A stretch of DNA of 63,162 nucleotides, counting the filler, from Stramenopiles sp. TOSAG23-6 (lineage: Eukaryota): assembly GCA_900128565.1 (NCBI GenBank). It is 40 parts of 40 records of this genome, joined end to end, with 100 filler letters (N's around TTAATTAATTAA, not from the genome) between each part and the next. Parts side by side here need not be neighbours in the genome. Positions count along the whole stretch, not along the records: positions 12,707 to 14,194 come from LT638982.1; positions 14,295 to 15,781 come from LT638983.1; positions 15,882 to 17,367 come from LT638984.1; positions 17,468 to 18,953 come from LT638985.1; positions 19,054 to 20,538 come from LT638986.1; positions 20,639 to 22,123 come from LT638987.1; positions 22,224 to 23,707 come from LT638988.1; 33 more parts are not named here. The stretch is one strand, 5' to 3'. Position 1 is the stretch's first letter. Each line of letters begins with the position of its first letter. Below are positions 13,178 through 23,807 of this stretch, in pieces. Both the position numbers and the translations under genes were made by a program. Under the pieces are notes generated by a model. The model saw nothing but the letters and a program-made list of their open reading frames with translations. It was not told the DNA's origin and did no database searches.

Positions 13178-13560
13178 GATGCTAAAAAAATCTTTCTGTG
13201 GATTTCGTAAGATCTTCAAAGATAGTAACGATTTTCGTCGGTTATGTTATCTAGTAAATTACTGCGTTGCATTTTGCCATTATCCGAGCAAAATATAACG
13301 GCTAAAATCCGTGCAGAATCCTTGATCAAAAAAGATACCCTTCTTCAAAGATAATATACACAGTATCTTAGGATACGTAATGAAAATATTCACATCTCTG
13401 GGAAAAAGAATTTTTCAGCGTTGGAGTCATTCAAAATGATTGTGATTGTGATGAGGGAAAACACGATGTTGCTGCAGCTGTAATAAGTACTATCGGTAAT
13501 CCTTCTATAACAATCGCCCGAGTAGGAAAGGAAAAGTACAAACTCTCTTGCCTTCAAGAC

Positions 13561-14194
13561 ATGAAAGAGGAGGATAATTTCTTCTTTAAAGTAATCGATA
13601 ATCAATACTCTAAAATGAAGTTGACAACTGATAATGAATTAAATCTTGATCTGTTGTCTTTCGGAAACGCCGATGTCAAAACTGAAACTTTCGATGTTCT
13701 CAGCTTGAGCTTTGAAGCAATGACCGTGTACGAAGACAGAAACAAAAATAAACACTTCGATGAAAGTGATCGTATCATTGGTGATGCTAATAAAAGATTT
13801 TTTCAGAAAGCATTCAAAATAGATGCAGATGATAGCGGGTTACTGTTCAGCAATGACGAAGATATCAGCTTACGCGCTAGCGACGCAAAATCAATATCCT
13901 GCAAATCTGAACTCCCTAAGTATGGAAGTGACTATGAATTATCGTTCACAATGCCAGAACATCCTGAATCGGAAAGCTCTGATGATAAGCTAATTGCAAT
14001 AGAGTTTAGTGTAGTCACAACGCTGAAAGCTCCTCTCTCGAAAAAGATGACTCAAGATTGTGGTAAAAATACTATTAGATTCCATGATGAATCGGGTATG
14101 GTACAAGCTCTAATTTCTCCGTCGAAACTTGACGTCGATTCAATTTCTTTTGATGAAATAAGAAAAACAAGCAAGGAAAAGCTGCAATACTCAT
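13561..14194 (+). CDS. Hypothetical protein, partial
   Basis: More than 200 codons open, and the frame is also open upstream to ~13384; no family recognised. Confidence 0.55.
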
Positions 14195-14481
14195 NNNNNN
14201 NNNNNNNNNNNNNNNNNNNNNNNNNNNNNNNNNNNNNNTTAATTAATTAANNNNNNNNNNNNNNNNNNNNNNNNNNNNNNNNNNNNNNNNNNNNAGTTTA
14301 TGCTACACAAATTAATTTTGATATAATAGCAGGTAAAACAAGCAGTAATCATTCATCATCAGAGGAGATAAGAGCATTAATAGATGCGGAGAGAGAGAAA
14401 CTTCGAGAAGCAGAATATAATATATTAGCAGCAGCTGAACCGACATCAATACAAGCATCGCCAGCTCTCTTTTCAAATCAC

Positions 14482-14998
14482 TTGGCCATGGCGTATTCAA
14501 ACGCAGCTTGTATTCGACTTACTTCGGAAACAAGTCGGTGGGGTCATGGAATATTAGCTCAAAAGTTATTTGAGACTGCAACAGAGATGGCCATTAATTT
14601 GACTCCAGACAATCCAGTTTCAGACATGAGCACATTGGAAAGTGTGTTACATAACCACTCAATTGCTTTAGCTGNNNNNNNNNNNNNNNNNNNNNNNNNN
14701 NNNNNNNNNNNNNNNNNNNNNNNNNNNNNNNNNNGCTGGGCAGTACGACCGCGCCGTGAATACATTACAACGGGCAGTAAGTCTTGCATCATATGGTGCG
14801 AAACTCGGAGGACAAAAAGCCTCCGAGCATTTAGACCTTTATGATAAATGGAATCTGGAACTTTCGCGTTTGCAATCTTTAGAATTGGAAGTAAAGAGCT
14901 GGACAAGTGTTGAAATAGGAAGTTCAGTAGGATCTCATGCAAAAACAAAAATGGGAAAACTTGATGCTGCATGTGAAGTAATGTTACTATGGTGGTAA
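14482..14998 (+). CDS. Helical (TPR-like) protein C-terminus, gapped
   Basis: Open frames on both sides of an internal N gap; LHNHSIALA...GQYDRAVNTLQRAVSL. Confidence 0.5.
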
Positions 14999-15022
14999 AT
15001 TAAAAACTTATTTATGATAAAG

Positions 15023-15781
15023 TTATAAAAAAGCTATTACAGAAATCATTGTGAAAACCTGTAAATTTTCAACAGAACTTTTCCCAGATGAATAGTTTTG
15101 GAGTTCCTTCCAATATGACTTATCATATTCTAGAGCGGTTCTACTTAAATGTCTAATGAAAGCAATTTCTTCAAATAGCCCCTTGATTCTTCCATAATCA
15201 GTCTTATCTTTGTCAAATACCAATGAATAACTACTATGGCAAGAAGTTGTCTTGAACCATCGTGGATGTTTCACTAAGAATGGTTTTACTTCACCATAAT
15301 TGTAGTGTGAACCAGTAGCTATAATTTCAGCGTTATTTCGCTTTGCAACTTCAGGTAAATATTCAATAATTGTCTCAATTAAACCTGGACTTTCCCTCTG
15401 ATCATTCAGCAAATGCTAAACAGGAGAGGGGATTAATCNNNNNNNNNNNNNNNNNNNNNNNNNNNNNNNNNNNNNNNNNNNNNNNNNNNNNNNNNNNNNN
15501 NNNNNNNNNNNNNNNNNNNNNNNNNNNNNNNNNNNNNNNNCGCCACCAATAATAACATCATTGATTTTCGCAAGATAAACACCAAACCCCAAATCCTTAC
15601 TTTTTATGTCATCTTGGATTACCTTAATTTTCGTTTTATACACATCGCAGATTGTACGGATATTTGCTTCCGCAAACTTACCCTGAGCTTGAGGCTTACC
15701 GAAGCCTTCTATTTCTTGTTTCTCAAAAGCCACAAATATTTCGTCACACTCTTCATATGTTGCAGCAAGATGGATAGTAAT
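15023..15781 (-). CDS. Hypothetical protein C-terminus, gapped
   Basis: Open frames 15541-15781 and 15023-15438. Confidence 0.45.
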
Positions 15782-15888
15782 NNNNNNNNNNNNNNNNNNN
15801 NNNNNNNNNNNNNNNNNNNNNNNNNTTAATTAATTAANNNNNNNNNNNNNNNNNNNNNNNNNNNNNNNNNNNNNNNNNNNNTGTTCTG

Positions 15889-16006
15889 AACTGGGAGATT
15901 CGCAATCATTCGAACAATTCTTTCGCCTTTTACTAAAGAATTCCGTGGTTACGAATTGCTAATCCCACTGATCCCAATGTTTGGATATACAAACTCTCAC
16001 GAGTTA
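15889..16006 (+). ncRNA. U5: U5 snRNA
   Basis: TTCTTT-CGCCTTTTACT-AAAGAA invariant loop 1, CCG internal loop, TGGGA/TCCCA basal stem, Sm-like AATGTTTGG, 3' hairpin. Confidence 0.95.
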
Positions 16007-16009
16007 CTG

Positions 16010-16213
16010 ATACCTTCTCGGCCTTTTGGCTAAGATCAAGTGTAGTATCTGTTCTTATTAGAGTGAAATCTAATATTCAGGTCATAGACCTGTAATTTTT
16101 CACACTAATTTTTCTAGGATCGATATGGGCGAGCAGTCGTTTACGATAGCCCCCTAATCAAGCTTGTCTTTTGCATTGCACTATCGCTCTGTGACGAGCG
16201 CCCGAAAGGGCAT
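16010..16213 (+). ncRNA. U2: U2 snRNA
   Basis: ATACCTTCTCGGCCTTTTGGCTAAGATCAAGTGTAGTATCTGTTCTT canonical 5' domain, AATTTTT Sm-like sites, ATTGCAC loop IV. Confidence 0.98.
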
Positions 16214-16229
16214 CTGTTTTTCCTTCTCA

Positions 16230-16388
16230 AAACGTACATGGAGTGATTTGGAGGTGGTCAATATGGCCTCTAAATCCGAGTGAAGCAAGACCTGATCACT
16301 TTGGTTGTTTGTAAAGCTCGGTGCTGCTCTTCGGAGTATGCGGATTCTCAATTTTTTGTAGGGCTCTGCAGCGCGTGCGCTCTTAGCC
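16230..16388 (+). ncRNA. U1: Variant U1 snRNA with altered 5'-splice-site recognition arm (AAACGUACAUGG)
   Basis: Helix H GGAGT/ATTCT; SL1 GATTTGGAGG/CCTCTAAATC with loop GGTCAATATG; SL2 loop TGATCACTT; SL3 with TTCG loop; Sm site AATTTTTTG (16350-16358); GC-rich SL4; located between U2 and U4. Confidence 0.85.
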
Positions 16389-16394
16389 ATCTGT

Positions 16395-16529
16395 ATCTTT
16401 GCGCTTGGGGCATTACCTTTACCATTGACGTTCGCTGAGGTTGGGTTATTGCTAGTTGAAAACTACATTCCAAGTTCATGGTTCTTCCTAGTGTTGAACC
16501 TAATTTCTCAAACGTCTCTCACGAGATAC
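16395..16529 (+). ncRNA. U4: U4 snRNA
   Basis: ATCTTTGCGCTTGGGGCA (U6 stem II arm), TTGCTAGTTGAAAAC (stem I arm), AATTTCT Sm-like site, 3' hairpin. Confidence 0.92.
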
Positions 16530-16531
16530 TG

Positions 16532-16660
16532 ATGCCAATTACCTTCGGGTATTGTGCTAAGATTGTTTTTCTTAATTTCTAAGGAAAATGCAAGATGCTA
16601 CTGGAGTAGTTTTTAATGCAGTTCGATTCTGCGTCGTCTTTTGAAGTTATTTTTTACATT
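16532..16660 (+). ncRNA. Unidentified structured RNA, fifth unit of the snRNA cluster
   Basis: Follows the same TCTCACGAG.TACTG|A junction as U5-to-U2; CTTCGG hairpin, U2-like GCTAAGAT, U12-like CTTAA...TAAGGAAAAT, two further hairpins, U tract. Confidence 0.5.
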
Positions 16661-16865
16661 TATTTGTTGTTTTATTAAATTTTTTTAATGTTTGAATCAA
16701 TGCATTCGCTTGAGATGCGAATTCATAATTTACTATTGTAACAATTCCTCGTGAAATTGCATGATTTTTTGCACTTCTCTGTAGAAAAAAAAGTGAGACT
16801 GGTAATATTACAAACATTTTTATTATATTTTATAAAGTCTCATTTTTGTTTCTTTCTCAACAGAC

Positions 16866-17367
16866 TTATTCCATAAATCCATAATCGAGTTCAACTGTTT
16901 TGCTGCGACCGGTTGAGTCATTCTTTGCGCGAAATTTCAGTTCAGTTGCACCAAAGATTGCATCAACAGAAAAATTCTCAATGCCATTACAGGAAATCTT
17001 CATCGTGCCAATTTTGCGGCAACAAGGAGATGTCACCCAAAATGGCGGCCTACCTATTTGCGACGTTGATACGTAGAGGTCAAAGTGAACTGAACGTTGA
17101 GAAAAAGTCGTAGAATAACCACCTTTCGTAATTGCTTCATTGACTTTCACCTCCTGGCCCCGCTTAACCAACACGGAAAAATAATTCCTTATTCTCCGGA
17201 TTCCTTGTTCGTCGAGATAAGACTTACCAAGTGCATCTTGGCGTTGATGCTCAGGGTTAGATGAATTAAATACTGTTGCTATAGATACGCCATAGTGAAA
17301 TCGTGCCTTGCGTGAGACAAACATTGCTTTTGAATCTGCAAACATGCATGCCCCTGTGACTACTGCA
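16866..17367 (-). CDS. HSPA12-like atypical Hsp70, C-terminus
   Basis: AVVTGACMF...VSRKARFHYG...FSVLVKRGQEV...FGATELKFRA. Confidence 0.85.
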
Positions 17368-17468
17368 NNNNNNNNNNNNNNNNNNNNNNNNNNNNNNNNN
17401 NNNNNNNNNNNTTAATTAATTAANNNNNNNNNNNNNNNNNNNNNNNNNNNNNNNNNNNNNNNNNNNNA

Positions 17469-18904
17469 GGTTGTGTGTCTTTTTCCTTACATATGAAATT
17501 TTGGTAGGATTCTGAAGTACTAGCTGTTGTTGTTGTTGTTGATGATATCCACTTGGCCACTTCCACAGAATCCGTATTTAAATTCTCATTGTTTTTAGTA
17601 TTACCTTTTGCAAAAGTCGCATTCGTAGAATGAGAAGTCGATGGAGTTTCTGTCAAATTACAATTTAGAGATGGAAAAACTTCTTCACTAATAATCATGT
17701 TTTCCATATTTTGAAGAATCGAAACATGACCTCTATTCTTTGGTATAGGACAATCAATTGATTGAGTTTCATAAAATAAAACTGATGGTTTATACATATT
17801 AGTCCTGCAAGAGCGAACTACAGAATTCCAATCAGGGCCTATTTCTGAGACAATAGCATCATCAAATCTTAGCCATACGCCACTTGCAGTATCTTCAAAC
17901 ATAGCAATATAATGTGACATGTAGTAGCAAAACATACCCTTCAATCTAGCTCCCCTCGATTGCTCATATCCTAATTTTGATAAATCTATCCAAGGATCAA
18001 TTGCATCAAGAAGTTTACAAACAACAGATTTAGGTTCGTTAGCAGATGCCCAAGCTAGTCCAATAGTGAAAATAGGCGGCGGATGGAGTAAGTGATAAAT
18101 AAGATTATATTCACAACCTCCTAAAACTCTAATTTCTTTAGTGACTTCACACAATAAATCATCAAAATTTAACAAAGGATTTCGTGATTTTCCTTCTGTG
18201 AGTAAATTAACCCAACTATAATGAAGAAACGTCTCTGTCAATTTAGATTTTGGAGGGACATCATATTCTTTTTGTTCTGGTGTTCTCTCAATACCATTAT
18301 CAGCATNNNNNNNNNNNNNNNNNNNNNNNNNNNNNNNNNNNNNNNNNNNNNNNNNNNNNNNNNNNNNNNNNNNNNNNNNNNNNNNNNNNNNNNNNNNNNN
18401 NNNNNNNNNNNNNNNNNNNNNTTTTTTACGAATCGTTAGGTACGGAATTTTGTACGAAAAATAAATTCGATTTTTTTGTTAAAAAAAAAATTAAAACATA
18501 CATTTTTCACGACCTTTTTCAGTCAGTTCAGAATCTTCTCTAAACTTCAGACCAAAAACTCTAGAAACCAGACTTGAACAATTCGTATCAACGAGAGAGT
18601 CATCTGAATTTCCACAAAAATGAGAATGCAATAATGTAAGAATTTGAAGGTGTGCCTCAGATGCGTCACTCATATCCCCTTCAGTAAATTCAGAAAATGC
18701 ATTTGCAAGAGATCTTCGAAGTCCCGAAGATGTAACTAGACGTTGAGATGATTCGTTTAAATTGTCAAATACAACTTTGAGCGCATGAAGGACACTATCA
18801 TTATTATCATTCTTTCGATTACAAAACTCATCTTCTCTTTCATTAATATAACGAAAAAAACGTTCCCGCCATGCATCTAAATGCCACAGAGCCTGAACAA
18901 CAAC
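17469..18904 (-). CDS. USP53/54-like ubiquitin peptidase (C19), partial
   Basis: VVVQALWHL, MSDASEA, GMFCYYMSHY, WLRFDDA, KPSVLFYE. Confidence 0.85.
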
Positions 18905-19053
18905 ATGGATTATGAAAAAATATTTCAATAAAAAATTCGTTAGGTACAAAATTNNNNNNNNNNNNNNNNNNNNNNNNNNNNNNNNNNNNNNNNNNNNTTA
19001 ATTAATTAANNNNNNNNNNNNNNNNNNNNNNNNNNNNNNNNNNNNNNNNNNNN

Positions 19054-19097
<44 letters not shown>

Positions 19098-19234
19098 TTT
19101 TTTTATAAAAATTTTGTACCTAACAATTTTTTTTTTTTTTTTGTTAGCTACAAAATTTTTATTGTACATTTGTCTACATATATATTTATATTTATATTTA
19201 TATTTAGGGTTGGGGTTGTATAATGAAAACGTAC

Positions 19235-19877
19235 ATATTTCTTTTGAATGACTGGAACACCACGCGATTGCAGAAATGTATTTTGAAAAAATATTTCAAA
19301 ATTTTTTTTTGAAAATTTGTTAGGTACAAAATTTCGTATGAAAAAAAAAATTCCGAAAAAAAAAGAAAAAAAACATACATGTTTCACGTCCTGCATTTTT
19401 TCTTTTTTTTGAAATGTTTTTTATTATACAATTTGTAGTTTTTTCATTGGCTCGAACCATGACTTTTTTTTGATGTTTTTGATGTTTTTGATGTTTTTGA
19501 TATTTTTGATGTTTTTGATATTTTTGATGTTTTACATTTTCAACTAGATTGTTTGGAGTCATTAGGGTTAGGGTTTCCTTTCTAGGATCTTTTTTTGTTG
19601 TTGTTATTTGTAATAAATTAGAAATTTGATTATATAACGTTTGTTTTTTAGATAATTCTTTTTGTTTTTTTTTCTACTCTTTTATTTCGTGTTTCATCAA
19701 GATATTTTTGAGCTTTGCGTTGAGCCTCCTGTAATGCTAATATATATATAAATATATAAATATTTTGTTAGTAAAAAAAATTTAAAAAAAAAAAAAAAAA
19801 AAAATTTAAAAAAAAAAAAATTTAAAAAAAAAAAAAAAAATTAAAAAAAAAAAAAAAAATAAAAAAAAAAAAAAAAA

Positions 19878-19917
<40 letters not shown>

Positions 19918-20538
19918 ACCCAAAATTTAAAAAAAAAAAATTGTAAAAGTCAATTAAACATACACGAACAGCTCCACTTTGTTCAGTCTTAATATCTTTT
20001 AGTTCTTTTTGACGTATTTCAAGAATATTTTCAACATTTGTTAAATCATTTACATTGTCTGTAGTGCTTGTAGTAGTAGGGTTAGGGTTATCCATTGATT
20101 TTGTTTTTTCAACAGTAGGGTTAGGGTTATCCATTGATTTTGTTTTTTCAACATTCATCCAAGCAATGCCTAAACGTCGTTCACATACTTCAATTTTTGG
20201 AATAAAACTGTCACGAACATTTTTGACTTTTGTATATGCATCAAGATTTTCTTTTTTTCTTTTTTCGATTTCGTGTTTTGATTGGACAATTTTATTACGT
20301 AACAAAATTTCATATAAAAAATTTGAATTTTCTGTTCCTATCAAAATTTCAAGATTTTTCTGATTTATATTTAAACTATACATTTTTAAAAACTCATCAA
20401 ATGCAAGTATTTCAATTGTAGGGTTAGGGTTTGTAATATCATTTTGTTGAATTGTATCATTTTGTTGAATTGTATCATTTTGTTGAATTGTATCATTTTG
20501 TTGAATTGTATCATTTTGTTGAATTGTATCATTTTGTT
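19235..20538 (-). CDS. Coiled-coil hypothetical protein, multi-exon
   Basis: Exons separated by family introns (19276-19378, 41-nt exon 19235-19275); 18-bp NDTIQQ and QKH coding repeats. Confidence 0.55.
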
Positions 20539-20638
20539 NNNNNNNNNNNNNNNNNNNNNNNNNNNNNNNNNNNNNNNNNNNNTTAATTAATTAANNNNNN
20601 NNNNNNNNNNNNNNNNNNNNNNNNNNNNNNNNNNNNNN

Positions 20639-21241
20639 AAAAGAATCCAATTCTTGAAATTCAGCAGGAATAAAAGACAGGGTTTCGTGATTGGGTATTA
20701 CTAGCTGCAGAGCTCTCCTAATATTTACTAATTTATTACTGCGACAGTACCCTCCGACAGCTGCATTGAACACACGGACACAATGAATATAGCTGGTGTT
20801 GTCTAATACGCTATCATATGCGTATTTTTCGAAAAAATCTAGGAGTAAACTTTGTGTTTGCTCAGCTCGCCCATTCAAAGAAGAATCGTAAATAGCAAAA
20901 CTAAACAAACTGGACCCTAGACCCGCCCGAAGTGTTGCATGATTAGACGAGTTTTTTAAATCATACGTATTATCTAATGAAGTATGATGAGTTCTCTCAA
21001 CACGAGTGTCTACAATTTCTGAGATTTTGCGAGAGACAGTTGCCGACTCTGATGAAAGAATTTTTGGCTTCAATAGACGCCGTGGGAGCCATTGTTGCTT
21101 CATTAGCGACGTTTGTCTAGCTGCACCAACTAGTGAAGTATTACTCCCACTAATATCGGCCACTTGCTTCAAAATCTGAGACAATAGAAACTGTGCACTA
21201 CCAGCAAATTGCTGGTTTCTTGGTCGGTGAATCCATTTCAT
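20639..21241 (-). CDS. Hypothetical protein with a PPR-like motif
   Basis: VRVFNAAVGGYCRSNK; the frame may extend upstream. Confidence 0.45.
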
Positions 21242-21521
21242 TTTCTGGGCTTACTAAGTGCACGAAAATTCTCGCTTTAGGTGAGGTTTCTGTTGGGACG
21301 AAAGCATCGTGGATGACACGCGTGTTCGATAAAAATAGATACCCGGTACCAGACGGACTTCGATACCCGGAAACGCGGAGATTTTGTTTTTGAATTTTTT
21401 TTCAAAAATTTGAAAAATTTTTAATGTCGATCCTGTACTGTATCTATCTTCAACTAATATTGTTGCTTGATTTACTATCGTATACACACTGTCATTCTAC
21501 AAAATATACACATACATATAC

Positions 21522-22123
21522 ATGATAATGGTAATATGGTATATTCTATTAGCACATTGTTTTGTCATGGTAATTTCGAACAAGATACAAAAAGTCCAGC
21601 AGCAACAGTCACTTAGTTCATATTTCACTTTTGAAGAAGCTCCGGAGAATACTGAAAAAACTCCCCTGTTTGATCCTATTTCGTTGCCACAATGGCCAAC
21701 AAGAACTTTCACATCGAGCGATAATAGCGATGTTTCTTATCCATCACATTTGCAATCATCTTCATTTTTGGAGACATCTGCAAACGATTTAGGGTTAGGG
21801 TTAGGCTCGTCTGGTTTTAAACACTGGGACGGAACTTTTCTCAACGAAAATCCACTCTCTCAAGTATCTGAATTTTTGGACAACCAAGATCGTAAATACG
21901 AAGTGCTAGTAAAGAGACATAATGACTCTACAATTGAATCTACAGGGGAAAGATTTATGTCACTTTTGGAAATTGGACAATCAACAAGTATAAAAATGAA
22001 AAAAGTACACGTACGTATTTCATGATGAATTTTAAATTTATTTTTTTTTCGTACGAAATTTCGTACCTAACAATTTTTTTTCTACAATATTTTTTTACAA
22101 TACACGCTTTTTGTGAGATTTGT
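21522..22123 (+). CDS. Secreted protein, possibly with a saposin-like domain (intron 22011-22105)
   Basis: Signal peptide; spliced junction KVH|AFCEIC. Confidence 0.55.
22011..22105 (+). other. Introner-family intron, GT...AC, AC duplicated
   Basis: CAC|GTACGT...CAATAC-AC|GCT; contains the perfect palindrome GTACGAAATTTCGTAC. Confidence 0.8.
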
Positions 22124-22269
22124 NNNNNNNNNNNNNNNNNNNNNNNNNNNNNNNNNNNNNNNNNNNNTTAATTAATTAANNNNNNNNNNNNNNNNNNNNN
22201 NNNNNNNNNNNNNNNNNNNNNNNTGTACGTAANAAAAAAAACAAAAAAAACATATTTTTCACAATACAT

Positions 22270-23707
22270 TTCAAAGCATCTGAATTAAAAGAATTATTTT
22301 CAGTCGAAAGTTTGAATCTTAAAAGCTCTCACTCACAGTCTGAATTATTGAAGCTTCATGGAATTGAACTTTTGATGTCTGGAGAACATTCTAATCACAT
22401 TAAGACGTTAGTAAATATGCCTGGTGTTTTTGGTCTCACTGATCATACAGCTGTGTTTACTAAAGGTATTGCTTCACCTGTTTCGTCGCACACCCAGAGC
22501 TGCGACGTCACTGCGGAAGGTACTAAAAGAGAAAATTCTGCAAATATTAATTGTGTTGAACGTGCAAAGGAGGAAGCAAAAGCTGCAAGATGTAGACTAA
22601 ACACTAATTATGTTGAGCGTCGAACCGCAAAGAAGAATAGGAATATAAATGATGCGAAAGAGAATTTGAATACAGAAAATATAAAACTTGGTACAAATAG
22701 AGATGGTTTAGATGTCGATGATGTAAAACTAGAATTGAAATATTCTTTGTCGAAACTAAATAAAAACAATTTGAGAGAAGATAATTCCGATGTTGTCAAT
22801 GAAGATGTAATTGATATTGATTGTCATGAGAAAAAAGATAAAGTTGAAAATATTTTGGAATCTATTGATATTACCCGTAATTTAACTGATGCGTTTAATG
22901 AAATGGATATATGTAATAATAATGACGATATTCCGTATAATACATCTGAATTTGTTATTCTAGATAATAATGTAATGTCTCAAGATAGTGATCATGATAT
23001 TGATAATAATATAATGTCTCAAGATAGTGGTAATGATAGTGATAAAACCGAATGTACAGTCGTTATATCAGATTGTATAGACGATAATAGCGTTGAATAT
23101 ATTAAAGAAATATCTGTGAAAGTTGATGACGATTGTGAAAATGATGAAAATGATCTTCAAAATGATTCTGATGACACAGTATGTACTATAGTTATGTCGG
23201 ATTCCCCAGATGCAAATAGTAACAACACTGAATTTGTACCAAATTATGTACCTAAATCTTATAAAAATAATTCCTTTAATGAACGAAAAATTTCAGAAGC
23301 CAGTAAAAGAGCAGATAGTGATGAAGAAGAATTGTATGAAGCCAGTAAAAGAGATGAAGAAGAATTGTATGAAGCCAGTAAAAGAGCAAATAATGATGAA
23401 GAAGAATTGTATGAAGCCAGTAAAAGAGCAGATAGTGATGAAGAAGAATTGTATGATAGCTTCTTATCTTGTAATAGTAAAATAGATTCACATATAGAGA
23501 GTGATGCTGAAAACAATACAATGAATGAAAAAGATCTTTCTTACACTGGGATTTGTGAGTCACCTATAGTAAGTACTACAAAACAATCTATCCCGACGAA
23601 ACCTACAGGCCAGTTACAGTTAATTCATTCACTTCAAGAATCACCTATCATAAGAACAACGAAAAAACAAATTATGCTATCACCATTAAATACTCCAATA
23701 AATTCAT
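22270..23707 (+). CDS. ERCC6L/PICH-like SNF2 helicase, post-helicase region and acidic tail
   Basis: FKASELKELF (compare RYFSKQELRELF) and HIKTLVNMPGVFGLTDHTAVFTK; EEELYEASKR repeats. Confidence 0.6.
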
Positions 23708-23807
23708 NNNNNNNNNNNNNNNNNNNNNNNNNNNNNNNNNNNNNNNNNNNNTTAATTAATTAANNNNNNNNNNNNNNNNNNNNNNNNNNNNNNNNNNNNN
23801 NNNNNNN

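Noticed and set aside
16181-16390. Minus-strand 69-aa ORF with an apparent CAT|GTACGTTTT family donor
   Set aside because: No branch core or acceptor block follows, and the supposed intron would run antisense through U2. The plus strand folds as U1, so the match reflects U1-donor complementarity.
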